Shown piece by piece: positions 11,651 to 20,988 of a stretch of 59,123 nucleotides of DNA. The stretch spans positions 76,492-135,614 of the forward strand of contig NW_008246069.1 in NCBI RefSeq assembly GCF_000281045.1, read 5' to 3'. How positions within the stretch are numbered: position 1 is the first letter of the stretch; the number at the start of each line of letters is the position of its first letter. The translations under genes were made by a program, and so were the position numbers. The notes below the pieces were generated by a model that was not told the origin of the DNA, ran no database searches, and was given only the letters and a program-made list of their open reading frames with translations. Source of the stretch: Saprolegnia diclina VS20 (Eukaryota).

Positions 11651-12779
11651 CTAAAAGAGGTCGGCGGTCTTGAGCGGCGGCTTGCCGCAGTGCTGACGTC
11701 GCGGGCTCCGAGGGATGTTGGCGGTCGCTTGAATCTCAGACGCCTCCTTCTCCATCGCGCGCTGGTAGATGGGCTCGACGCACGACGCGTCAGTCATCGT
11801 CACGTTCAGGTCCCGGATCTCGCCGTCTTCAATGCTACTGTGCTTTTGAGTTGAGAAACGTTGGGTGCTTCTACCTGTAACACCAGCCGTGGACGCTGAG
11901 CTCTTGGCCCGCTTTCCATGCGTTTTGTACGATGCGAGTGTGGCACACCTAGCGGCAGTCCGTGAGCTCACCGTTAGTAGAGACAAGAATCGACGTACGT
12001 TGTAGACCGACTTGGTGACGTTGAGCTCCGTGAGCAAGTTGAGCTTTTGCTTTGGCTGCTCGAGCGCTAAACGTCCTGTTAGCGTATGCAGCGCAGTAGC
12101 GGACGCACCAAGAAAGTGTGTCTTGTGTTCGATGTAGAGGTCCTTGATGGTCCGGAGCCAGTTGTCGACAAGGCCAAACTCTTGTCGACTCAGCGCGGCC
12201 TTGATGCCCGAGCACCCGTAATGGCCGCACACGATGATGTGCTTGACCTTGAGATGCACGACCGCGTATTCGATGACCGAGAGGCAGTTGAGGTCGCTGT
12301 GCACTGTCTACGCCTTAGCTACCATTGACGCATACCGCAACGCACATACCGACTTCGTTGCCAACGTTCGAGTGGACAAAGACGTCGCCGGGCTTGAGGT
12401 TCAGGATCTGGTTGGGTGGCACCCGCGCGTCCGAGCAGCCTACGCCATGGTTGCGCTATGTTACGAGCCATGCACGTATACCGATCCAGAGGATTTCGGG
12501 GCTCTGCGCCTGCGATAACTTCTCGAAAAAGTACGGCGAGTCGCGCACCGTCTCGGCGGCCCACTGCCGATTGCGCTTGAGCAGTTCGTGTACGCCTTTG
12601 ACGCCGCCCGAGATGATGCAATGGCGGGGCGACGGTGCCAATGGCCGCGCAACGCTGATCTTGAGCTCGTGGTTGAGCTCGGTCTCCCAATGCTCTGGGA
12701 TCCGGTCGGGCGACGGCCACACGGGTACGTCGGCGCGACCGAGCGAGTCCCGGTGCTTCTTCATTCGACCCGCGTCCAT
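11651..12779 (-). CDS. Beta-class carbonic anhydrase, multi-exon
   Basis: After splicing: [10 protein letters not shown] (Zn Cys and Asp-Arg dyad), [22 protein letters not shown] (Zn His and Cys), LTELNV, VHGWCY. Confidence 0.93.
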
Positions 12780-13080
12780 GTTGACGCTTCGCTCGTGCTA
12801 GAAAGATTTGGTTGTGAAACCTCCAAAAGCCCGTGGCTAAACCAACGCCCCTTAGCACGGCCACACGGTTTTGCTTGCGGAAAAATGATCGCTGTCGACC
12901 GTGACTGTCAATAGCCATCGCAGCTTGCGGCTACAGGTTTGGACTTGGTTGAGCTAGCGCGTCTGGCTTCCCACGCGACCACATTGTCTGGATAACAACT
13001 AGATTTCTTTGTCGCTGCATTTACATGTGGTTGTGGTCTCGCCTTGCTCGGATCTGAAAGAGGCAAAAACGATCGCGAGC

Positions 13081-13502
13081 CTACAACGATGCGTCCGGAC
13101 CCTGATGGACGAGGCTCGCGACGTCCGGGCGCTGCGTGCGCACGAGGTACGTCTGGCTGATGTATGAGCATGTCGGGCGAACCTTGAAGCCTACGACAAA
13201 AGGTCTAGTGGACGCCACGAAAAACTCGAGTCGCACCGTTCTCCTTGGCGTAGTCAAAGGCGGCGTCACAAAGCTTTTGGGCGAGGCCCATGCCCCGCGC
13301 CGCGGGCAAGACCACCGTGTGGGCCAGGTCCAAGACCTTTTGCCTGCACCATACCTTGTGTTAGCCATCTATGTAGCAGCTTCGAGACGCACCCTTGGAG
13401 GCTCAGTGGCTCGTATTCAAGGTAGCCCAGCTCGGCCGCGGCCGCGTCCGTGGCGACGAAGCACTGGCGGCGAAGGTTGTGGGCGATGCGCATCGTCGCC
13501 AT
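13081..13502 (-). CDS. NATD1: Minimal GNAT acetyltransferase (YjdJ/NATD1/At1g77540-like), 3 exons
   Basis: Introns 13344-13392 and 13191-13236 give GYLEY...LDLAHTVVLPAARGMGLAQKLCDAAFDYAKENGFKVRPTCSYI, which contains the acetyl-CoA motif RGxGxA and the family PTCSY motif. Confidence 0.85.
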
Positions 13503-13805
13503 CGTCGTCGTCGGCTGTCAGATTTTCGAAGGCCAGTGTCGCTGCGTCCGATTGGCCAATACGAAATCGAGCATCATTCGAATAGATTAGTTAGCAATAG
13601 ACAGCACCGCGGTGTGCACTCGCTCCGGGCTTTTCCCGGAAACGTACGTGTTTAGGCAATTTCCGCTTCCCGCCACACGCTATATCGATGCTCATTGGTG
13701 CAATCGAACTTCAATGCACTCAAATTGCCATAAAACGTAAAAGATACGTGTGCACAGATTTGTCCAAGTTCATTTGCCAATTGACCCGGTACGACGCAGA
13801 CCACC

Positions 13806-14294
13806 ATGAAGACGTACTACGGTGCAATGGCTTTCTACTGCGCGATCGCGTACGCCGAGACGCTGCCCTGCGCCGGCCAGATGCTCCAGACCACGCTGAC
13901 GCCCGTCTTGGGGCGCGGCGACACCCTCATCAAGTGCTGCAAGGCAGCGGGCGTGACGCCGGACGTGCCAGCGTATCCTGCCCGCGTCTCGGAGGCGCAA
14001 GCCGCCGCCTTGGCCAACGACCCGAGCTGCCAAGCGATCTATGCCAGCACCCAAGGTGCGCTCAAGGACGTCTCGCCACCTTGCGGGCTCAGCGAAGCCG
14101 CGACGACGGCGACGATGCAGACGATGACGTATCTCGAATACATTCAAGGTTTCCAGGGCAGTGCAGCGCCTAGTGGGAACGCCACGACGCCTTCGGGCAG
14201 TGCGGCAGCGACGTCGTCCGCGCCGGCCACGCTGCCAACGTACGCGCTTGTGCTCTTCGCTGCCCTTTCCAGTGTCGTCGTCGCGTATGCGTAG
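13806..14294 (+). CDS. Elicitin-like secreted, probably GPI-anchored protein
   Basis: Signal peptide, Cys spacing resembling the elicitin domain (C22, C44/45, C75, PPC93), Ser/Thr/Ala/Pro stalk and hydrophobic C-terminus. Confidence 0.65.
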   Translation: MKTYYGAMAFYCAIAYAETLPCAGQMLQTTLTPVLGRGDTLIKCCKAAGVTPDVPAYPARVSEAQAAALANDPSCQAIYASTQGALKDVSPPCGLSEAATTATMQTMTYLEYIQGFQGSAAPSGNATTPSGSAAATSSAPATLPTYALVLFAALSSVVVAYA

Positions 14295-14491
14295 CCCATC
14301 GTCGCATCATGCCCTGTATACTAACAAGGACTCTATCTAAGCATGCAAGCACCTTTTTCATCGTCACGCAGAGATCACCTCCTCTTGCTGCTGCTGCGTG
14401 CGGTCGCATGTTCATCACGCTGCTGCGTTTATGCACGGAACCACAGTACACTGTACCTGTACCCTGCTGGTACTGTTTGGATTGTGACGAG

Positions 14492-16771
14492 ATGGCGAGC
14501 TTTGTCGACATCGTGGGCCAGCCCCCCATCGCAGCGCTCGTCTTGAGCTACCAGCGTGGCATCTACGGGGACGTGTATCCTCGCGTTGCAGCGTTTCGAC
14601 GTGCGGTCGAGTATCGATGTGGGCACCAGTCCCCCAAGTGTGGCATGTACGTTCTCCACGCCGGCTTTGCCACGTCCCTCGCCGCCGACGACAGCGTCGA
14701 TATGGACGACGAGCATTTGCCAGTGCTCTACGCAAGCACGCTTGGGCTGTCCCTCGCCGGCGCAAGCGACGTGCGGTTCCCGCTGCACGTGGCGATTGCC
14801 GAAGGCGACGCGTATGTCGTCGACCGGCTACTGGCGTGCTGCCCGCATCTGGCGTCCGCCGAGGCCATCGAGACGGCCTTTCTGCACAACCACATATCGA
14901 TTGCCAAGGACCTCCTCGCCCTCCGCGACGCGTCCCTCCCCGCGCTGTCTGTGCGGCGATCGCCGCTGGACGCCGAGCACTGGACCCAACGGATTGGCAG
15001 TCAGCTACCGCATACTGTGCTCTACCGCGATAGCGCCGAGGCCTTTGCTTGCTTTTTGCAGTATCGGTACGCCAGCTTGTCCGCGGCGAGACCCGGTGAT
15101 TGGTTTCACATGGCCGTCAACAGCGGCTGCACGAACGCTGCCCGGTACTTGCTGACGCTGGTGGAGGACGCCAGCGTCGACGACGTCGTGGCGCTCGGCG
15201 CGCTCGACATTGTCCAGCAGCTCGTTGAGAGCGGCAAGCCGTACACGTCGGCTGCCTTGGATCGCTCCGCAGCCCATGGCCATCTACATGTGCTTCAATA
15301 TCTGCATAACCTTGATGTGGTCGCTTGCACGACCGCTGCGATGGACGACGCCGCGACCAACGGACACCTCGACGTCGTCGTGTTTTTGCATACCCATCGG
15401 CCCGAGGGATGCTCGACGGACGCCATGGACCAAGCCGCAGCGAATGGCCACGTGGAGGTCGTCCGCTACTTGCACGAGCATCGAAGCGAAGGCTGCACAA
15501 GGCGCGCGCTCGACGCTGCCATCGACAATGGACACCTCGACGTGGTGGCGTTCCTGTGTACGCATCGGACCGAAGGCTGCAGCGCCAATGCCCTCGACGT
15601 CGCGATCCAGCGAGGCCATTTGGACGTCGTCGTCTTCTTGCACGGGACTGGCACCTTTGGCGCAATTGGGCCGGCAGCGATCGAGCAGACGGTCGCCGCT
15701 GGGCACACAGCCGTCTTCGACTACCTCGTATGCCGCAGTGCCGTACCGCCGCAGTCTTTCGCGTCGGCCGTCCAACGCGCTCTCGAGCAAGGCCACATCG
15801 GCATTGCGCAGCGGCTCGTGTCGCAGCCCACGATCCAGCTTGAGCTTGTCGACATCGATCTCGAAGCTGCGCTAATGGGGCCGACGTGCATGGAAGTCGC
15901 CGTCTTCTTGCGCCAGCACGCGGTCGTCTTGACGCCCGACGACCTCGCGTACGCGTGCGGCTCGCGCCGTCTCGACCTTGTGCGCTATCTGCACGCAACC
16001 GATCCAACGACGGTCTTTCCGCCGCAGGGTCTGGAGCGGGCCGCGTCGACTGGGTCGCTGGCGATCGTGCGCTACCTCGTCGAGGTCTGTGGCGTGCGGT
16101 GCTCGTCCGAAGCCTTTCGTCTCGCTGTCCTCGGCTCGCATTGCAAAACGATCGAGTACCTGCTCTCGATCGACCCGTCGCTTCGAGCCGACACCAGTTG
16201 GCTCCTCTTTGCCGGCTGCAACCACCTGTACACCGTCATGGACCTCTTCGTCGTCTACGGCATGGGTGATCCATGCGACGCGCTTGTCCACGTCAGCAAC
16301 TGGGCGTGGCACGTCGAGGCCTTTCGTCGGCTCCTCGCGCATTGCCTCTCGCCAACCAATCCGATAGACAACATCCGCATGCTCGTCGAAGCGTACAAGG
16401 TGCTCTACACGCGCAACACGTCGGCGGTGCTCGCCCTCATCGCCGAGACGATTTACGACCAGATCGCGAGGCTGCGTCCCAAGCCCGAGACAGCAAAGTG
16501 CTTCGTTGGCGCCGTCCGAGAGCTCCTCTCTCGTCTTCGCGACGACGACGTCGTCAACTATGCGATCGCGATGCTCTGTGTGTGGGCGACGGAACATGCT
16601 ACGGCCAACGCCGCCCGCCTCGCCATGTGGGTCAACAGCGTGCACGAGCCACAAGTTCGCGCCTGCCTCGTGGCCCTCTACGAAGAGGTTCTCCCGCATG
16701 CGAACGTTCAGTGGGAACCGCTGCTTCCAGAGACATGGAAGAGCATTGATGATTCACTGTGGATGATGTAA
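14492..16771 (+). CDS. Ankyrin-repeat protein (oomycete expanded type)
   Basis: Repeated CTTAAMDDAATNGHLDVVVFLHTHRPEG-type units. Intronless, 759 aa from MASFVDIV. Confidence 0.9.
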   Translation: MASFVDIVGQPPIAALVLSYQRGIYGDVYPRVAAFRRAVEYRCGHQSPKCGMYVLHAGFATSLAADDSVDMDDEHLPVLYASTLGLSLAGASDVRFPLHVAIAEGDAYVVDRLLACCPHLASAEAIETAFLHNHISIAKDLLALRDASLPALSVRRSPLDAEHWTQRIGSQLPHTVLYRDSAEAFACFLQYRYASLSAARPGDWFHMAVNSGCTNAARYLLTLVEDASVDDVVALGALDIVQQLVESGKPYTSAALDRSAAHGHLHVLQYLHNLDVVACTTAAMDDAATNGHLDVVVFLHTHRPEGCSTDAMDQAAANGHVEVVRYLHEHRSEGCTRRALDAAIDNGHLDVVAFLCTHRTEGCSANALDVAIQRGHLDVVVFLHGTGTFGAIGPAAIEQTVAAGHTAVFDYLVCRSAVPPQSFASAVQRALEQGHIGIAQRLVSQPTIQLELVDIDLEAALMGPTCMEVAVFLRQHAVVLTPDDLAYACGSRRLDLVRYLHATDPTTVFPPQGLERAASTGSLAIVRYLVEVCGVRCSSEAFRLAVLGSHCKTIEYLLSIDPSLRADTSWLLFAGCNHLYTVMDLFVVYGMGDPCDALVHVSNWAWHVEAFRRLLAHCLSPTNPIDNIRMLVEAYKVLYTRNTSAVLALIAETIYDQIARLRPKPETAKCFVGAVRELLSRLRDDDVVNYAIAMLCVWATEHATANAARLAMWVNSVHEPQVRACLVALYEEVLPHANVQWEPLLPETWKSIDDSLWMM

Positions 16772-17429
16772 TAACGTTGTAAGATTGCAATAAGATCGAA
16801 ATTGAGTCGAGCCGGTTTCCTGCACAAACCGACGCAATGCGTAACCGGTTAGGGCACCGGCTGGTCTTGCGACAAGCGCGACCTTTTTATCAAGACTGTC
16901 TTTGAAGGTAACAGTGGATGCGACAGCACTGGTCGGCCAGTCAGGGGCCGCTGTGGCACGGGCGACAGCGACGGTGACAGCGGCCAGTGCTACCAGAGCC
17001 AAAGCTAGCGAGAATGCTAGATGTGTAGGTCGCCCGCTGGGTCTTGGTGCAACAAGCCGCAAGACCAGCGCTGGCCCGTGACCTGCTTTGATTGCTGCAT
17101 GGCCTTACGGACAAGGCTCCATGGCTCGTCGAGGACTGCTAGCCAGCGCTCTGCGACGGCATTCGCCCGGAGACCCTGGGCGGGATTGAATGGCGCTGTC
17201 CATGCGTGCGATCATGATGGACCAGGCAAGGCTGTGGCAGCGATCCGCAGGCATGCGCTACATTACGTACGAGGCGCATCGCTTGCCGTAGCGTACGACA
17301 GCTCTCTCGATGGCATGCTGTAGCTTGGAAATGAATCTCAAATTCTTTCTGTCGGTGGTAAAAGCGTGGTGGGGCGACTCGATTTCCCGTCCTTTCTTCC
17401 TGTTACTCTTGCGTTTTGCTCTCACCGCC

Positions 17430-19124
17430 ATGTCGATGGACGAGTACCTCCGCGCCGACTGCCCTCCACGCATCCAGAAGCAGCTCATGGAGCTCGCCTC
17501 GCGCAACACGCGGCGCGTCCTGGCCTGGATTGACGCGCCGATCAACGACCCGAGCGTGACGACGACGACGGCCGGGCCCATCTCGGTGAGCACGACGAGT
17601 GCGCGGTACCCGCGTCGCTACCAGCGCGTGATCGTGCGACACGCCATGGACGTCTCGTGCGACGAGCTGCATCGCGTCTTGTTGCCGAGCGGGGACCTCA
17701 ACCTCGAGGCGCAGCTCGTGTTTTGTTCGCCTTCTGATGACGTCAAGGACGTGACCGAGTGCTGCCACTGGCCAACGGGCAACGTCGGCGAGTTTGTCAC
17801 CGGCGTCGACGTCCGCGTCAAGAAGGCGACCTGGGCATCCAAGAGCTCGTCGCTGCCGTCGGGCTCGCACCGCTTTCTCCAGCACGCGAACCATGTGTGG
17901 GACCGGCCGGGACCGCCCGTCCACGTCTCGAGCCTCACAGCCGTGGCCGAGTACCACGTGACGTCCGCCCAGCGCGTGGCCACGGACGCCCTCGCCCCGA
18001 CCGTCCTCGGGCTCGCTATGACCGCCGGTGACGACGGCGGCGTCGTCCTTGCCATTGTCGCGGTGGTCACGGACAAGCACGCGTCGCTCTTTGAGACGCT
18101 CGCAAAAGCGACGATGAGCAAAATCCTCGAACGCGTCCAGAGCCTTCGGTTCGCCTCGTACTCGTCGACCGTCTCGTCGCTCCTGCCGGGAGCCATTGCG
18201 CGGGGCACATTCGGGACGAAGCCCAAGCCCAAGTTTCTCGACCGCGTCCTTGGCCGCAACGCGCCGCCGCGACTGGACCACTCGGCCTCGCTCTTGCTGT
18301 CGCCGCGCGGCCACGCAGTCGACGCAATCCGTTCTGGCACCAGTGTGTGCTATCTCTGCCCGACCAAGACCAAGCCGTACCGCCACTGCGTGCTCTGCAA
18401 GCAGCTCCTTTGCAAAAAATGCCGGGAAAAAGTGCATGGCAAGCGCGTCTGCCGCCCGTGCATGTACAAGGGCCAGAGCGTTGCGCCGCGCGACAGCGGC
18501 TCGGACGTCCGCAGCTCCGAGTCGTCGTCCAGCGCGTCGCAGCGTGCGGCGTCGTCGGCCACTACCCGATCGTCGCACCGCGGCGGCGACGATGTGCCGT
18601 GGGAGGTGTCGATGACGATGACAACGGCCAGCAACGACAGTCTGCCGTACGACTTGAACGACGAGGGCGACTGCTATCGCGACACCGAGGTCTTTGCCTC
18701 GTCGGCCGCAATGTATCGGGACACGGAGGTCACGCGGTCCGTGCACCGGCTCGGCCACCTCGAGGCCGACTTCAACGCGGTCTGCGCGGCCATGTGCGTC
18801 GAGTTGGACTGCAAGTACGCACTCGTCGTCATTGGCGACGTGGTGAGTGGTGCTCACTACCCCGCGACTGCGAACGGCGTGCCGCACGCGCTCAAGCTTG
18901 TGCCAACGACCAAGTTTGTGGGCCGCCATGCGTACCATTTGCACCATATCAAGGAGCTGGCGTTCGTACTTCAGAAGAACCTCTTTGCTGGCCACCAGCG
19001 CATCGGCCACGTCCTTCTCGCCGACGACAAGATGCACCGCCGCGGCGACTTGACGCAAACAACAGCCACTTTGCAAGCGTACGAAGACACGCTCGTCGAG
19101 ATCAACCAGTCGACCATTTTGTAA
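17430..19124 (+). CDS. Protein with START-like N-terminus, degenerate FYVE finger and degenerate GAF domain
   Basis: Eight-Cys finger CYLC..HCVLCKQLLCKKC..RVCRPC. C-terminal LEADFNAVCAAMCVELDCKYALV...IGHVLLADDKMH resembles GAF. The START-like call for the N-terminus is tentative. Confidence 0.65.
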   Translation: MSMDEYLRADCPPRIQKQLMELASRNTRRVLAWIDAPINDPSVTTTTAGPISVSTTSARYPRRYQRVIVRHAMDVSCDELHRVLLPSGDLNLEAQLVFCSPSDDVKDVTECCHWPTGNVGEFVTGVDVRVKKATWASKSSSLPSGSHRFLQHANHVWDRPGPPVHVSSLTAVAEYHVTSAQRVATDALAPTVLGLAMTAGDDGGVVLAIVAVVTDKHASLFETLAKATMSKILERVQSLRFASYSSTVSSLLPGAIARGTFGTKPKPKFLDRVLGRNAPPRLDHSASLLLSPRGHAVDAIRSGTSVCYLCPTKTKPYRHCVLCKQLLCKKCREKVHGKRVCRPCMYKGQSVAPRDSGSDVRSSESSSSASQRAASSATTRSSHRGGDDVPWEVSMTMTTASNDSLPYDLNDEGDCYRDTEVFASSAAMYRDTEVTRSVHRLGHLEADFNAVCAAMCVELDCKYALVVIGDVVSGAHYPATANGVPHALKLVPTTKFVGRHAYHLHHIKELAFVLQKNLFAGHQRIGHVLLADDKMHRRGDLTQTTATLQAYEDTLVEINQSTIL

Positions 19125-20944
19125 TCGATCCATGATCATGAACCACGTACTTGTATGCCTGTACTATTCCTAGCGATGCTCCTTTGTGAGCAAAGACCCT
19201 GCATAAGGCGTACTACATCGTCGAGGTGTATATTGCTCTGTCATGGTTGACGGTGGTGGGTGTTTATGAAGGCTTGGGCTCGTCATACCGGTACGACGAC
19301 GACCGGCTCGGCGTGTCCGCAAGAAGATACCGTGCTGGGCCACGGGAAACACGGCGGCGGTCCTGCGTCCGCCCTCGTACGCCAACCTAAGCTCCACTCA
19401 CGCTGCTGCCTCTTTGCGGACGGACCCCGACTGCTCAAACCGTACACCATCAGATCAGACCCTTTGCGCGGCGCTGGCCGTGCCCGATAAGGCTCGCCGA
19501 GACAGCTACCACATCCTGCAGTCTGACATTTGCTGCACCTGCGCCACTGCAACTGCCATCAAGGCGAGCGACGGGATTGCCGACATGTCTAGACGGTGCA
19601 TCACGTCGCTGGAGACACTGCGTCATTGACCGCATGGCGTCCATCTCGTCAATGGCCCGTCATTGCTGCACAACGCACTGGCTAGGACACTGACTGGGCT
19701 GGCGAGGCAAGGCCAGTGCGTCGGCGGCTGCGGACCATCGGCGTCGACGGGCTGTGGCCCGCGGCCTTGTCCGTTGCGTGCGTTTCGCGTTTCCCGATCC
19801 GATCGCCAGTCAACGTTTTGGGTCTGGTGTTTAAAAGGCAATACAATGCAATTTCACGCACTTCGATACAAACATCAAGGTTAAATAAAGACGCCTTCAA
19901 TGAATTCCGTTGTCCCGCGCGGTCGGCCCCGGCCTGTGATTGGTCCATTTTATAATTGGTTTGATGAGATTCCTTGCCACGGGCGCGAAAACCCTCTGAA
20001 AACACATACGTCCGGGCCCACCACCGTTGACAGGATGTGGGGTCTCGGAGGTTTTGGCGACATAGCCAATGGCACTCCGCAGTCTCCGTCGAACGGTAGA
20101 CCTTTGGGTGCATGAACACGACGTCGCACGCTGCTACGACGCATAGACCCCACGCCATAATGTAGTGATGTGTGGACAGGAAAGCCTTATCAACGAACGC
20201 GTTCGTCTTGACGAGCTACAACTCGAGCAATAGCAACTGCCTAGGTATTGCATCGCGCGCGATTCCTAGGTAGTCGTTTGACGGGGCGGGGACGTCGCAT
20301 GATGCAGACCAAGATCTTATTTGCCAATCACTCGATCGTCATGGCCACTTTGGAGATGCAGAGTGCAGTGAAATGCCCAAAGTATCGATCCAGTAACAAG
20401 CGAGCTTGCGCAGAGACTTTCAATACCTCGCCTGCGTACGTGCGAGTATACATTGCCGTACTAGTGCACCACTGTCAAAGACTGTCGAAGAGCTGTCAGA
20501 CACGATTGAAGCTGTCGGATGGTCGTCGAGATGCCATCCTTTCTGCCAACGAATCTCTTGGCCTCGCCCACCACGACGCCATACATACTCTTACACCCGC
20601 ATATTCCCAGCACCAAACGCATACAGCTCATGACGCCGCCGCCGTCGCATCAATAATGAGGTTCCCCATCGACGGCGTCGTTTCGATCCGAAGGGACGCC
20701 GCGACAGGCGCGTATGCCTTGTCACAGGGTATTTACTATGAGGGGTTTGGCCGTCGCAAACCTCTGGAACTGGATACTGGAACATCAAGCACATTGAAAT
20801 GCCCTCCACCCATTGAGCGCCACTCAAGGCGCTGGCGAATAGGGTTGCGCGGGCAATAAAATACCTCACGGCGCGCGACTCTCTGTGTGTTTGTATGGAA
20901 TTTAATAAATCAAGCCAAGATTCGACCGTGGCTGGCCCCAGCGT

Positions 20945-20960
20945 GCTCACTTTGCATTTT
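20945..20960 (+). promoter_or_regulatory. Oomycete INR+FPR core promoter element of eEF2
   Basis: GCTCACTTTGCATTTT is a one-mismatch fit to the GCTCATTYBNNNWTTY consensus and ends 29 nt before the ATG. Confidence 0.75.
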
Positions 20961-20988
20961 CGCCTCACGGTCACAAGAAGCAGCAAAC

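Noticed and set aside
20161..20220. Possible C/D snoRNA (TGTAG/CTACA ends, GTGATGT)
   Set aside because: The C box is imperfect and there is no CTGA D box.
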